A DNA stretch of 64,000 nt, taken from NCBI GenBank assembly GCA_963702475.1, contig CAVPCT010000005.1:928001-992000 (forward strand). The letters run 5' to 3'. Of this stretch, positions 1 through 8,375 are shown piece after piece; within the stretch, counting starts at the first letter, position 1, and each line of letters begins with the position of its first letter. Both the position numbers and the translations under genes were made by a program. A model generated the notes under the pieces. It searched no databases. It worked only from the letters and a program-made list of their open reading frames with translations, and was not told where the DNA came from. The stretch is from an uncultured Thermoleophilia bacterium (GTDB taxonomy: Bacteria > Actinomycetota > Thermoleophilia > UBA2241).

Positions 1-116
1 CCGGGGGCCGTGAACGTCGGGTCCGCGTCGTCCGGCAACGCAAGGGCATCGCAGGCGGCGTCCTGAGCAGGCTCAGAATCACCCCGGACTGCTGTAATCA
101 GGATGCCGGCGTGCGT

Positions 117-160
117 GATGTCACGAGGGACCGTCACGCTCGACGACCCCTCGTGACATC
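117..160 (-). terminator. Putative intrinsic terminator hairpin after the methyltransferase operon
   Basis: Perfect 13-bp inverted repeat GATGTCACGAGGG (117-129) / CCCTCGTGACATC (148-160) just downstream of the SDR stop; a second small hairpin lies at about 169-188. Confidence 0.55.
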
Positions 161-196
161 GTCCTCTATGGCCCGGTCCCTCGGGCCACCTCAGGC

Positions 197-967
197 CTAG
201 ACCATGGCGAGATTTGACTCTGGCAGCACCTGGCCGCCGTCGATCGTCAGCGTCTGCCCGGTCACGTAGCTGGCCTCGTCGGAGGCCAGGTAGAGCACTC
301 CGTTGGCGATGTCCTCTGGGTCCGCGAGCCGTCCCATCGGCGTCGCCTCCTCCATGCTCCTGATGTACTCCTCGCCGAGGCCCTTCATCCCGTCGGTCAT
401 GGTGTTACCGGGCAGCACTGCGTTGATTGTGATGTTGTCCCTCACTACCTCCAGCGCTGCGCTGCGCATGAACCCAAGCATCGCCGCCTTGCTCGCGCCG
501 TAGTGAGACCAGCCGGGAAAGCCCGTGTTCGGCCCGGTGATAGACGAGGTCAAGACGATACGCCCGTACTTCTGGCTGCGCATCTGCGGCAGGACCGCTT
601 TGACCATGTGCATGGTCCCCTTCATGTTGATGTCGAAGACCTTGTCCCACTTCTCGTCCGTCATATCCTCGAGGCGCGCGTCGGGGTAGACGCCGGCGTT
701 GCTGTACAGCACGTCGATCCGGCCAAAGCGCCGCACGGCCTCATCTGCAGCTGCCACGCACGCGTCGCCGTTCGTGACGTCTGTCTCGACGAAGACCGCG
801 TCCGCGCCCGCGTTCACGAGCTCCTCGACAGCCGCAGTTCCAGCGGCTGCATCACAATCGCACACAACGACCTTCGCACCCTCGCGGGCGAAGACGCGTG
901 CCGCCGCACGGCCGATGCCCATACCCGCGCCGGTGACGATGGCCACCTTCCCCTCGAGTCGTCCCAT
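197..967 (-). CDS. Short-chain dehydrogenase/reductase (FabG-like)
   Basis: TGAGMGIG Rossmann motif, SNAG, catalytic YGASK, C-terminal YVTGQTLTIDGG; ends in TAG. Confidence 0.93.
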   Translation of the reverse strand: MGRLEGKVAIVTGAGMGIGRAAARVFAREGAKVVVCDCDAAAGTAAVEELVNAGADAVFVETDVTNGDACVAAADEAVRRFGRIDVLYSNAGVYPDARLEDMTDEKWDKVFDINMKGTMHMVKAVLPQMRSQKYGRIVLTSSITGPNTGFPGWSHYGASKAAMLGFMRSAALEVVRDNITINAVLPGNTMTDGMKGLGEEYIRSMEEATPMGRLADPEDIANGVLYLASDEASYVTGQTLTIDGGQVLPESNLAMV

Positions 968-1019
968 TTGCCCACCTCCAGAGATCTCGCACTTGCCAGT
1001 GCCTCTCTTGGCCTGTCAG

Positions 1020-2516
1020 TCAGATGGTCTGCTCCAGCTTCTTGATCTCCTGTTTCCGCGCAGCACGCTCGCGGGGCAGCTTCGGGTAGCCACCCCACCC
1101 CGCCGGGATGATCCAGAGCTTGGAGAGAGCGTAGTAGAGGATGCAGCACAGCAGGAAGGTCGGCAGGCCGGCGCTCGTGTACTGGAAGAGCTCGCTGTAG
1201 CGCAGACTGATGGGGTCGAGCAACCAGTAGTAGAAGCCGAAACCCACTCCGACCGTTATCGGGAAGGCCGGGTTCACGCCCCTCCAGAAGTAGTACTTGC
1301 TGCTCTTCGAGTCGTCGAAGATGGCGCTCAGATCGAGGTGCTGCTTGCGCAGCAAGAAGTAGTCGACGAAGACGATAGCCATGAGCGGGGCGAGCAGGAT
1401 CGCCCAGATGGAGAGCACCTGCCCGAGTCGCGTGTAGATGACGTCCTGGAAGAGCATCGTGACCATCGTCGGCAAGAGCACGAGGAAGGTCGTCAGTCGC
1501 CAGCTCATCTTGCGACCGAACTTGAAGGTCTTCAGCGCCATCCCACCGGCGTAGCACATGAGTGCGCCCGAGGTGATGTTCGCGAAGACCATGAAGATCA
1601 ATCCGATGACGCCCCACGTCCTGCCGCCCACAGGGATGAGCCACTCGGTCGGGTCGAAGGTGCCCACCACGAGCGCCGTGAGGAAGCCGATCACGATCGC
1701 GATGCCCGCCGGGAATGCTTCTCCGATGACGAACCCGATCGCCACGCCCCTCTGCGTCTTGGTGATGCGCGCCATCGAGCCCATGATCCAGTACCAGGAG
1801 AAGGCGAAGCCGATCATCCATTCGATGGCGAAGGCGTAGTCCACGGTCTTCACGCCGAAGGGCCCTGTCGGCGGGGCGGCGGAGATCTTGCTCCAGCCGT
1901 AGTCCTTGAAGATGAAGTACAGCAGGATGGTCATCACGACGACGAGACCGGGTGCCACGACCCAGTTGAACCACTTGAGGTAGACGGGGCCGGCCGCGAC
2001 CACCCACCAGGTCACGAGCAGAGCGAGCAGAGCGAACAGTGCGGCGAGCCAGTAATCAGCCGTGTCGCTCAACGGCGTGTACGCTTCGATGATGTTGGTG
2101 ATCCCTTTGCCGAGCATGGGATAGATGATCGCGTTGTTGAGATAGACCATGACGAGGATCACGAAGACGCCCATCGCCGGCGCGCCATACCTTCCCATGC
2201 AAGTCCTGGCGTGCTGGCTGAGGTCTATCCCGTACTTCGCAGCCGGCAGTGGGCTGCCGAACAGCACGAGAGCGAAGCCGAGGAGCAGGGCGAAGAAGAT
2301 CACCGCGATCCCTGCCTTGGCGGGCAGGACGTACGCGATGTAGCCGCCCGTGATGAAGCACCACGTGGCGATAGCCAGCGCGGCGTTCACGACCGTGAAG
2401 TCCGCCGTCCCCCAGACTCTGTCGTGAGGAAGCGTCGGGATGATGCTGAAGTGGGCATCCGCCTCCACGACCCCTTCGGCGGTCGTCGCGTCCTGAGCCT
2501 TCGGTTCTTCTGTCAT
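1020..2516 (-). CDS. NCS1 family (cytosine/purine/hydantoin-type) permease
   Basis: 498 aa, about 12 hydrophobic helices, 'AIATWCFITGG', 'VDYFLLRKQHLDL', 'YYFWRGVNP'. Confidence 0.85.
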   Translation of the reverse strand: MTEEPKAQDATTAEGVVEADAHFSIIPTLPHDRVWGTADFTVVNAALAIATWCFITGGYIAYVLPAKAGIAVIFFALLLGFALVLFGSPLPAAKYGIDLSQHARTCMGRYGAPAMGVFVILVMVYLNNAIIYPMLGKGITNIIEAYTPLSDTADYWLAALFALLALLVTWWVVAAGPVYLKWFNWVVAPGLVVVMTILLYFIFKDYGWSKISAAPPTGPFGVKTVDYAFAIEWMIGFAFSWYWIMGSMARITKTQRGVAIGFVIGEAFPAGIAIVIGFLTALVVGTFDPTEWLIPVGGRTWGVIGLIFMVFANITSGALMCYAGGMALKTFKFGRKMSWRLTTFLVLLPTMVTMLFQDVIYTRLGQVLSIWAILLAPLMAIVFVDYFLLRKQHLDLSAIFDDSKSSKYYFWRGVNPAFPITVGVGFGFYYWLLDPISLRYSELFQYTSAGLPTFLLCCILYYALSKLWIIPAGWGGYPKLPRERAARKQEIKKLEQTI

Positions 2517-2571
2517 AGGAGTTCTCCTTAGGCGTCCGTGGACCGAGGAATCCGAACTGATCTCCGGTCGC

Positions 2572-2811
2572 TCAGAACTGATACCAGCCCCAGATGAGCA
2601 GCACGAGTGGGATCACCCCGCACAGGATCGACAGCCACACGTAGTCGAACACGCTCAAGGGCACGACGGATTTGTCCTGGTACCCTGGGGCGGTGAGGAT
2701 GTCCACTCTCTCTCGTATCTCACGCGCGAGCTTCGCTTCTTCGTCTTCCCGAGGGGCTACCGCGCTCGATCCGCTGACGACCTCGGGGGACTCTCCAGAC
2801 TGATCTGCCAT
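2572..2811 (-). CDS. Small single-TM membrane protein, probable partner of the NCS1 permease
   Basis: ATG at 2811 after a GAGGGGGAG RBS; acidic N-terminus and one C-terminal hydrophobic helix; directly upstream of the permease. Confidence 0.7.
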   Translation of the reverse strand: MADQSGESPEVVSGSSAVAPREDEEAKLAREIRERVDILTAPGYQDKSVVPLSVFDYVWLSILCGVIPLVLLIWGWYQF

Positions 2812-2869
2812 CTCCCCCTCCAAACGCTTCAAGTGACCGCCGTCCCCCTTGGGAGGCGGTACTCAATCG

Positions 2870-2914
2870 CGGGCCGGGAACGGCTCAAACGCGGACGGCG
2901 CTCTTCCCGGCCCG
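2870..2914 (-). terminator. Intra-operon stem-loop after the corrinoid protein gene
   Basis: 11-bp inverted repeat CGGGCCGGGAA / TTCCCGGCCCG with a 23-nt loop. Confidence 0.35.
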
Positions 2915-2926
2915 AGTCACGTGTGT

Positions 2927-3554
2927 CTAGCCCATGAGCTCCTTGCACTTCTCGACGCCGAGGGAGGCGTTGGCCCCGTAGGCGTCGGCGCCCACCTCGG
3001 CGGCCCACTCGGCCGAGACGGGGGCGCCGCCGACGATGACCTTGACCTTGTCGCGCAGGCCGGCGTCCTTGAGGGCCTGGATGGTCTCGGGCATCTTGGG
3101 GATGGTGGTGGTCGAGCAGGCCGCTCATGCCGAGGATGTCGGCGTCGTGCTCTTTGCAGGCGGCGACCATGTCGGCGGGGGTGATGCCCTTGCCGAGGTT
3201 GATGACCTCGAAGCCGGCGCCGCTGAGCAGCATGGCGACGAGGTTCTTGCCGATGTCGTGCATGTCGCCCTCGACGGTGGCGATGACGACCGTGCCGAGG
3301 GAGCCGCCGCCCTCACCGAGAAGCGGCTTGATGATGTCGAGGCAGCCCTGCATGGTGCGGGCGCTGAGCAGCACCTCGGGGATGAACTTGTCGCCGCTCT
3401 TCATCTGCGCGCCGACGATGTCCATGCCGGGAAGCAGGGCGTTGTCGAGGATATCGCGGGCGCAGGCGCCGCCGTCCACGAGCGCCTGGGTGGCGGCCGT
3501 GGCGGCGTCGTTGCCGTCGATGATCATCTGCTTGAGGGACTCGAAGTCTGGCAC
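2927..3554 (-). CDS. mttC: Methyltransferase cognate corrinoid protein (MttC-like); one frameshift near 3114
   Basis: GTG at 3554 after AGAAAGGAG; B12 cap (FIPEVLLSA) and EGDMHDIGKNLV motif; the alternative frame continues TTTIPKM...KVKVIVGGAPVSAEWAAEVGADAYG to TAG at 2927. Confidence 0.9.
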
Positions 3555-3596
3555 GGGGCTCCTTTCTGTACACGATCGATCCGGCAAGCTCGCGTC

Positions 3597-5068
3597 TCAC
3601 CCACCCGCATGCTTGGCGTCGGCTGCCGAGACGATCTCGGTGAGCTTCGCGGACACCTCCTCCGGAAGCGGCTCGACCTCAGTCTCGGCGAGGATGCGCC
3701 GCGCCTCGGCGCAGACCCGCGTGTACATGTCCGTGGAGCCCGCCATCGCCCACTCCTCCCGCGAGTGGCGGTCCATGAGGAGCGGGGCGCTCAGCTGTGG
3801 AGCAGTTCCTGAGCGTGCTGGCCGACGAGATGTACTCCGCCTCCGGTCCGAACGCGACGATCTCCTCGATCATCATCGTGTCGTCGTTGGTCGGAATACC
3901 CCCGACGATCTGGCGGATCATGGTGATGAACTCGTTGTCCGCGACGAGCACCCCCATGTCCACTCCGATCCCCGCCTCGATCAACCCGGGCCCATAGATG
4001 TAGCTGGCACCTGCCAGCGCCGGGATGAGCCCCGTGAGCGTGTGCTCGTGACCGCACTGGAGATCACCGAGTTTCGAGTCGCCCTACAAGCCCGCCGCCC
4101 AGGACGGGACCTTCAGGCGCCGCCCGAACTGCGCCGTCGCCGCCATGACGAGAGCCATCTCGGGGCCGCCGACCTGCGCAAGTCCCGTGCGCATGTCGAA
4201 GCCGCACGTCGACTGCCCGACGAGCGCGGGGCAGCCCGGCTCGCAAGCCTGGACGAGCACGAGACCGGCGAGCTCCTCGGCGATGCCGATCACCATCGTG
4301 CCGGCGATCGTCGAGGGCATCGTGGCACCGACCATGCCCATCGAGACGATGATCGTGGGGATGCGAGCGCGCGCCGAGGGGATCACGTAGTCGGTGCAAG
4401 ACTTGTTGAAATGCAGCGGCGCCACCGGCGAGCCCGCGATCAGGGTGTTGGGCTTCTCGGCGAGCTCGTCACGGCCGCCGGCGACGGCGGCAGCCAGCTC
4501 GATGACGGCGTCGGTCTCATGGCGCGACATGAGGGCAATGAGGACCGGCTTCGTCGAGTTGCGCAGTGCCGCCTCCATGCCGTGGATGCTGGCGGTCTCG
4601 ATGGGCACATCCCGCGGCGTGACGGCCATCGTGTTGGTGTCGTACTCGGGGAGGAACTCGGTAAGGTGGCAGATGTCGCCGGCGTCCTTCTTCGTCGTCG
4701 GCCGCAGCTCGCCACTCTCGAGGTCGTAGGTCATGACGCCCTCGAGGAAAGGCGTGAAGGACGGCCTGCCGGCCTCAAGGATGAGATCGTACTTCGAATC
4801 GCGGCCATAGACGCGGACGCGCTCGGGCGTGAGGCTGAGCGCGTGCTCAACGAGTCTCCGGCTGGATCCTCACGATGTGCGACTCGCGATCGACCTTGCA
4901 GCCTGCGTCGGCGTAGATGTCGATGGCTTCGTCTGCTTGCACCTTGATGCCCGTTCTCTCCAGGACCTCAAGGGCTCCGAGGTAGATGTCCTCGACCTCG
5001 TCGTCGGTGAGCGGGTTGAGACCCATTCCGGCGTTGCGATCTCGACCAGCGTGGGGTAGCCGCCTCAT
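3597..5068 (-). CDS. mttB: Trimethylamine methyltransferase family protein (MttB) with in-frame amber codon (putative pyrrolysine) at 4084-4086; frameshifts near 4858 and 3797
   Basis: Joined frames give about 490 aa: N-terminus MRRLPHAG...LNPLTDDEVEDIYLGALEVLERTG; core SPVAPLHF, MGMVGATMPSTIAGTMV, GGPEMAL; then VPSWAAGL-TAG-GDSKLGDLQCGHEHTLTGLIPALAGASYIYGPGLIE; C-terminus EARRILAETEVEPLPEEV. Confidence 0.9.
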
Positions 5069-5439
5069 AGGCCCTCACACATCCCTTCTCTGCCGCGCAC
5101 GGGCGGGGCCTAACGAGCTGCGAGCCGCAGCCAAAGGCTCTCCGAGAGCCGGCAGACGTCAGTGGACACAACTCCCTCGCGCCGACGCTTCGCTCATCAC
5201 CCCCTCACCCCTCGCAATCGGCGGTTTCGAACGAGAGTTCTACATCGACAACAATAGACACGCCGCTTCTGGGGTGTCAACGTAGGGCTTCAATGGTGAC
5301 TGCTATGCTGGCAAAGGGCGCATTCACAGCACTCGAAAACAAGCGCACCTCTTGCATCACCGGCAATCTGTAGCAGTACTGTATCCGAATGCTTGTTCTA
5401 CGTTTCTCAATCTCGTCGACGAACGTGTAGGCTTCGAAC

Positions 5440-6066
5440 ATGAGCGGGAGACCAGGGAACAAGGGCCGCCGCGGGGGGCAGGACTGAGCCGCCGCAACGA
5501 GGATCCTCGAGGCCTCCAGGAAGTTGCTCGTGGAGCACGGCTGGAAGGGCTTGACCATCTCCGCGATCTGCCGGGAGGCAGGTGTGTACCGCGCGGCGAT
5601 CAACTACCACTTCGGAGGCAAAGAGGGTCTCGCTGCCGTCCTTCTCGAGCGTCTCGTCCACGACGCAGCATTTGGCATGATGACGACGGTTCGTGGCCTC
5701 CTTCCGAGCGACCTCAGGGTCAGAGAGACGGTCAGGGGCTTCGACATGCTGGGCGGCGTCGACCTGCAGGTCGCCTTTTTCGAAGCCTTCACGCACCTCC
5801 TGCGAGACCCCGAGCTTCGCAAGCACCTCGAGCACCTCTACCAGGACGCGAACACCATCGCCGCCGTGGCGATGAGTGGAGGCGACCCGGACAGGGTCGG
5901 CGACCTCTACCGATATGCCGTCATGGTGGTAGCTTTCGCCGATGGGCTGATCATCCAGCAGCTGATCAGCCCGGAAAGAGACTTCGAGCCCACCATCGAA
6001 GCATTCTCGGCGATGCTGACGCCCACAATCGACGCGCTGGTCAACGAGAAGCCGGTGGAGTCTTGA
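5440..6066 (+). CDS. TetR/AcrR family regulator divergent from the mttB operon (N-terminus disturbed by a TGA at 5485-5487, probably indel-related)
   Basis: HTH RILEASRKLLVEHGWKGLTISAICREAGVYRAAINYHFGGKE; similar to the TetR at 56446. Confidence 0.85.
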
Positions 6067-7214
6067 CCGAGCACTTCTCCCCCACGAGCCGCCACGAATG
6101 GGGAAGGAGTGGGCGCCCTGTCTGAGCGACCGCCGCGCGGCACGCGGGCAGCGCGCCAAACCCGCCCAGATCGTGCCCCTGATCGCTAGGCACGAGCCCG
6201 AGGAGAGGCACAAGGCCGCGTAGCCGTTCTCAGGGCCGCGGGAGGCAATGCCGCGAGCGAGATTCGGCGCCACAGTGCCGGATCCTTCTGAATAGCGTGC
6301 GTGCCCGGGCTTCGTGTGGGCCCGTGGAGAGGATGAGATCGCGCGACGACCTCTGTGCCAACGACAAGCGCCGCGCTCCCCCACGACGAGGCTTGGAGGG
6401 TCACAATGGCGACAGCACTGCCTCAGCGCCAGACCGCGAGCAAACGGGGCCGTCTCGCATGGGCTGGCTCTGGCACTAACCCGGGCTGCGGCATTCGAAT
6501 CCGTCGTCTCTCACGCCGGTCTCGGTCGGAGCACATTCTTCGTGCTCAGGCTCTGACGCAGCACTATGGCGTGCAGACAATACTCCAACGATCGGCACTC
6601 TCAAAGGACGCGACGATGCTGGTCCACGAGGAGCAGCGCGAAGTAGGCCCGGGCAAGGCGGGCCCTCGGCAGATTCGGCGCCCGCCTCTGCCCCGTACGG
6701 CGGCGGGGGATTCACCCGCCGTGATGCAGCCAGCCCGCTCGGGCCAGAACAGCCGGCGCCACACCTCGATCCAACTACTGCCCCCGCAGCTCCTACGCTT
6801 CTCGACGTCGTGACCTGTTCTTGCTGAGACGAGGCATGTGTCAGCAGGCTCTGCTCTCAGATCACCAGAGACCTCTACGTGCCAGACACTTGCACGCCCT
6901 GTCGCCAGTCTGGCTAGCCTGAGCCGCAATGAGATCTCGGACTTGTGCAGGACCTTCTCATGGAAGGCCGTCGCGCTGCCGCTGACGGGAATGATTCATG
7001 CATCTCCAGTGCACCTCCGTGACAGTCCCTCCCGGCACGCGTCTCGATGCGCTCGCGGAGACGAGAGCGGCGATGGGGCCCGAGCATCCACCCCGACGGC
7101 AGTGGGCCGCGCTGGCTGGCGCAACGGGGTCAAGCGCGATGGTCCGGCGCGGGGGCGAGTGCCCTGTCCGCCCCGCATGCCTCACCACAGGCGAGAAGGC
7201 AGAGGTGAAGCAGA

Positions 7215-7436
7215 GTGCTGAGTGACGGCCCCGATACCCTCAACAGCCGCTGCCACCACAGGTGCGTCGACTGCGGCACCATCTTCCTGACCATCATCGA
7301 CCGCCTGCTCCCGCGCCCCCGCGAGGAACAGGACGAGACGCCCCTCTGCCCGCGCTGCTGCCGGCGCCGCCTCGAGGTCGAGCTCCTGGTGCTCTCCGAG
7401 CAGCTGCCCAGGCCGGCCGGCGGCGACGTGCTGTGA
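7215..7436 (+). CDS. Small putative zinc-ribbon protein, phage-like
   Basis: CVDC...CPRC pairs, AGAGGTG RBS, adjacent to a terminase remnant. Confidence 0.45.
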   Translation: MLSDGPDTLNSRCHHRCVDCGTIFLTIIDRLLPRPREEQDETPLCPRCCRRRLEVELLVLSEQLPRPAGGDVL

Positions 7437-7586
7437 GCACGCTGGGTAGGCGGCGACGCCGCGGCATACCGTCGGCTCCCAGGAGGCAGGTCAAGCAGGC
7501 AGCGAGAGCAACAGGCGGCCCGGGGTACGTGCCCCGGGCCGCCTGTGAGGGCCACCGTCGCCCGGCTCTCTGGGCTCAGCCGGCCC

Positions 7587-7800
7587 TCAGCCCTGGTGAC
7601 TCGTGGCGACGGGCAGCTCACGCTCCCTGATCAGCACCTCGGTGAGGCCCCAGACCAGCGCGTCGGCGCGGTCGGGGGAGCCCTGCGTCGCACGGTCCAT
7701 GTCGGGGGTGAAGGCGCACATCTGGTCCTCGAGGGAGGGGAAGCAGCCCACGTGGTGGACCTTGCCTTGCGCGTAGAGCGTAGAGGGCGGCGACCGGTCT
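7587..7800 (-). pseudogene. Phage terminase large subunit C-terminal remnant
   Basis: PVAALY/AQGKVHHVGCFPSLEDQMCAF...SPDRADALVWGLTEV matches the terminase RNase H-like C-terminal signature; frame broken by a 7-bp duplication CGTAGAG at 7772-7785; no ATPase domain. Confidence 0.75.
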
Positions 7801-7940
7801 CGATCACCTTGTAGACGAACTCGACGTAGAGCCGCGCCATGACGATGAAGGCGTGGCGGTTGCCGCCATCGACGCCTCACGCTGCGGAGGCGGCGGGCGT
7901 GACGGCCCGCCCCCCGCTACCCCTTCTCTCCGCCTCCTCA

Positions 7941-8252
7941 CTACTCCGTGTGTCGAGGCCAGTGGGGCGTCTTGCGCGTGGCCGTCGGCACCTCCGCAGG
8001 CGCCGCGGGCGGCGTTTCACCGGCCAGGATGGCCCGGATGACCGGCGACCTGTTCCTCGGCACATCGGCCGTCACCGCTGACGCCGCGCCCGCGGTCGTC
8101 ACCGCGGCCGCCGACGTGGTCTGAGACTGCGTCTCCCAGGGCTGGTCGACCAGGACCAGCACGACGACCGCGACGGCGGCAGCGACCAGGAGGACGGCGA
8201 TCGTTCGCCACGGCACCTGCACGTGCGGCCTGTGAGTGATGGTGACGCTCAT
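7941..8252 (-). CDS. Small membrane-anchored hypothetical protein
   Basis: GGAGGG RBS, N-terminal TM helix, Thr/Ala/Pro-rich tail. Confidence 0.65.
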   Translation of the reverse strand: MSVTITHRPHVQVPWRTIAVLLVAAAVAVVVLVLVDQPWETQSQTTSAAAVTTAGAASAVTADVPRNRSPVIRAILAGETPPAAPAEVPTATRKTPHWPRHTE

Positions 8253-8375
8253 GATCCCTCCGATCTCCGCTTGTCCTCGATCTGAAGGTAGGCCTCACGG
8301 GGACGCTGCACATCGGCCGAAACGGATTAATCGTCAAACGGGTAGCGTGCGGCGAGGGTGCCGAATGAGACGATG

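Noticed and set aside
5485-5487. In-frame TGA in the TetR N-terminus as possible selenocysteine
   Set aside because: No Cys or redox context. A neighbouring frame gives GLS.AATRIL, resembling the paralog's RLHPTAKRIL, so compensating indels explain it better.
6400-6800. Search for tRNA-Pyl near mttB
   Set aside because: Hairpins are present but I found no CUCUAAA-type anticodon loop or Pyl cloverleaf, and no pylS/B/C/D genes in the window.
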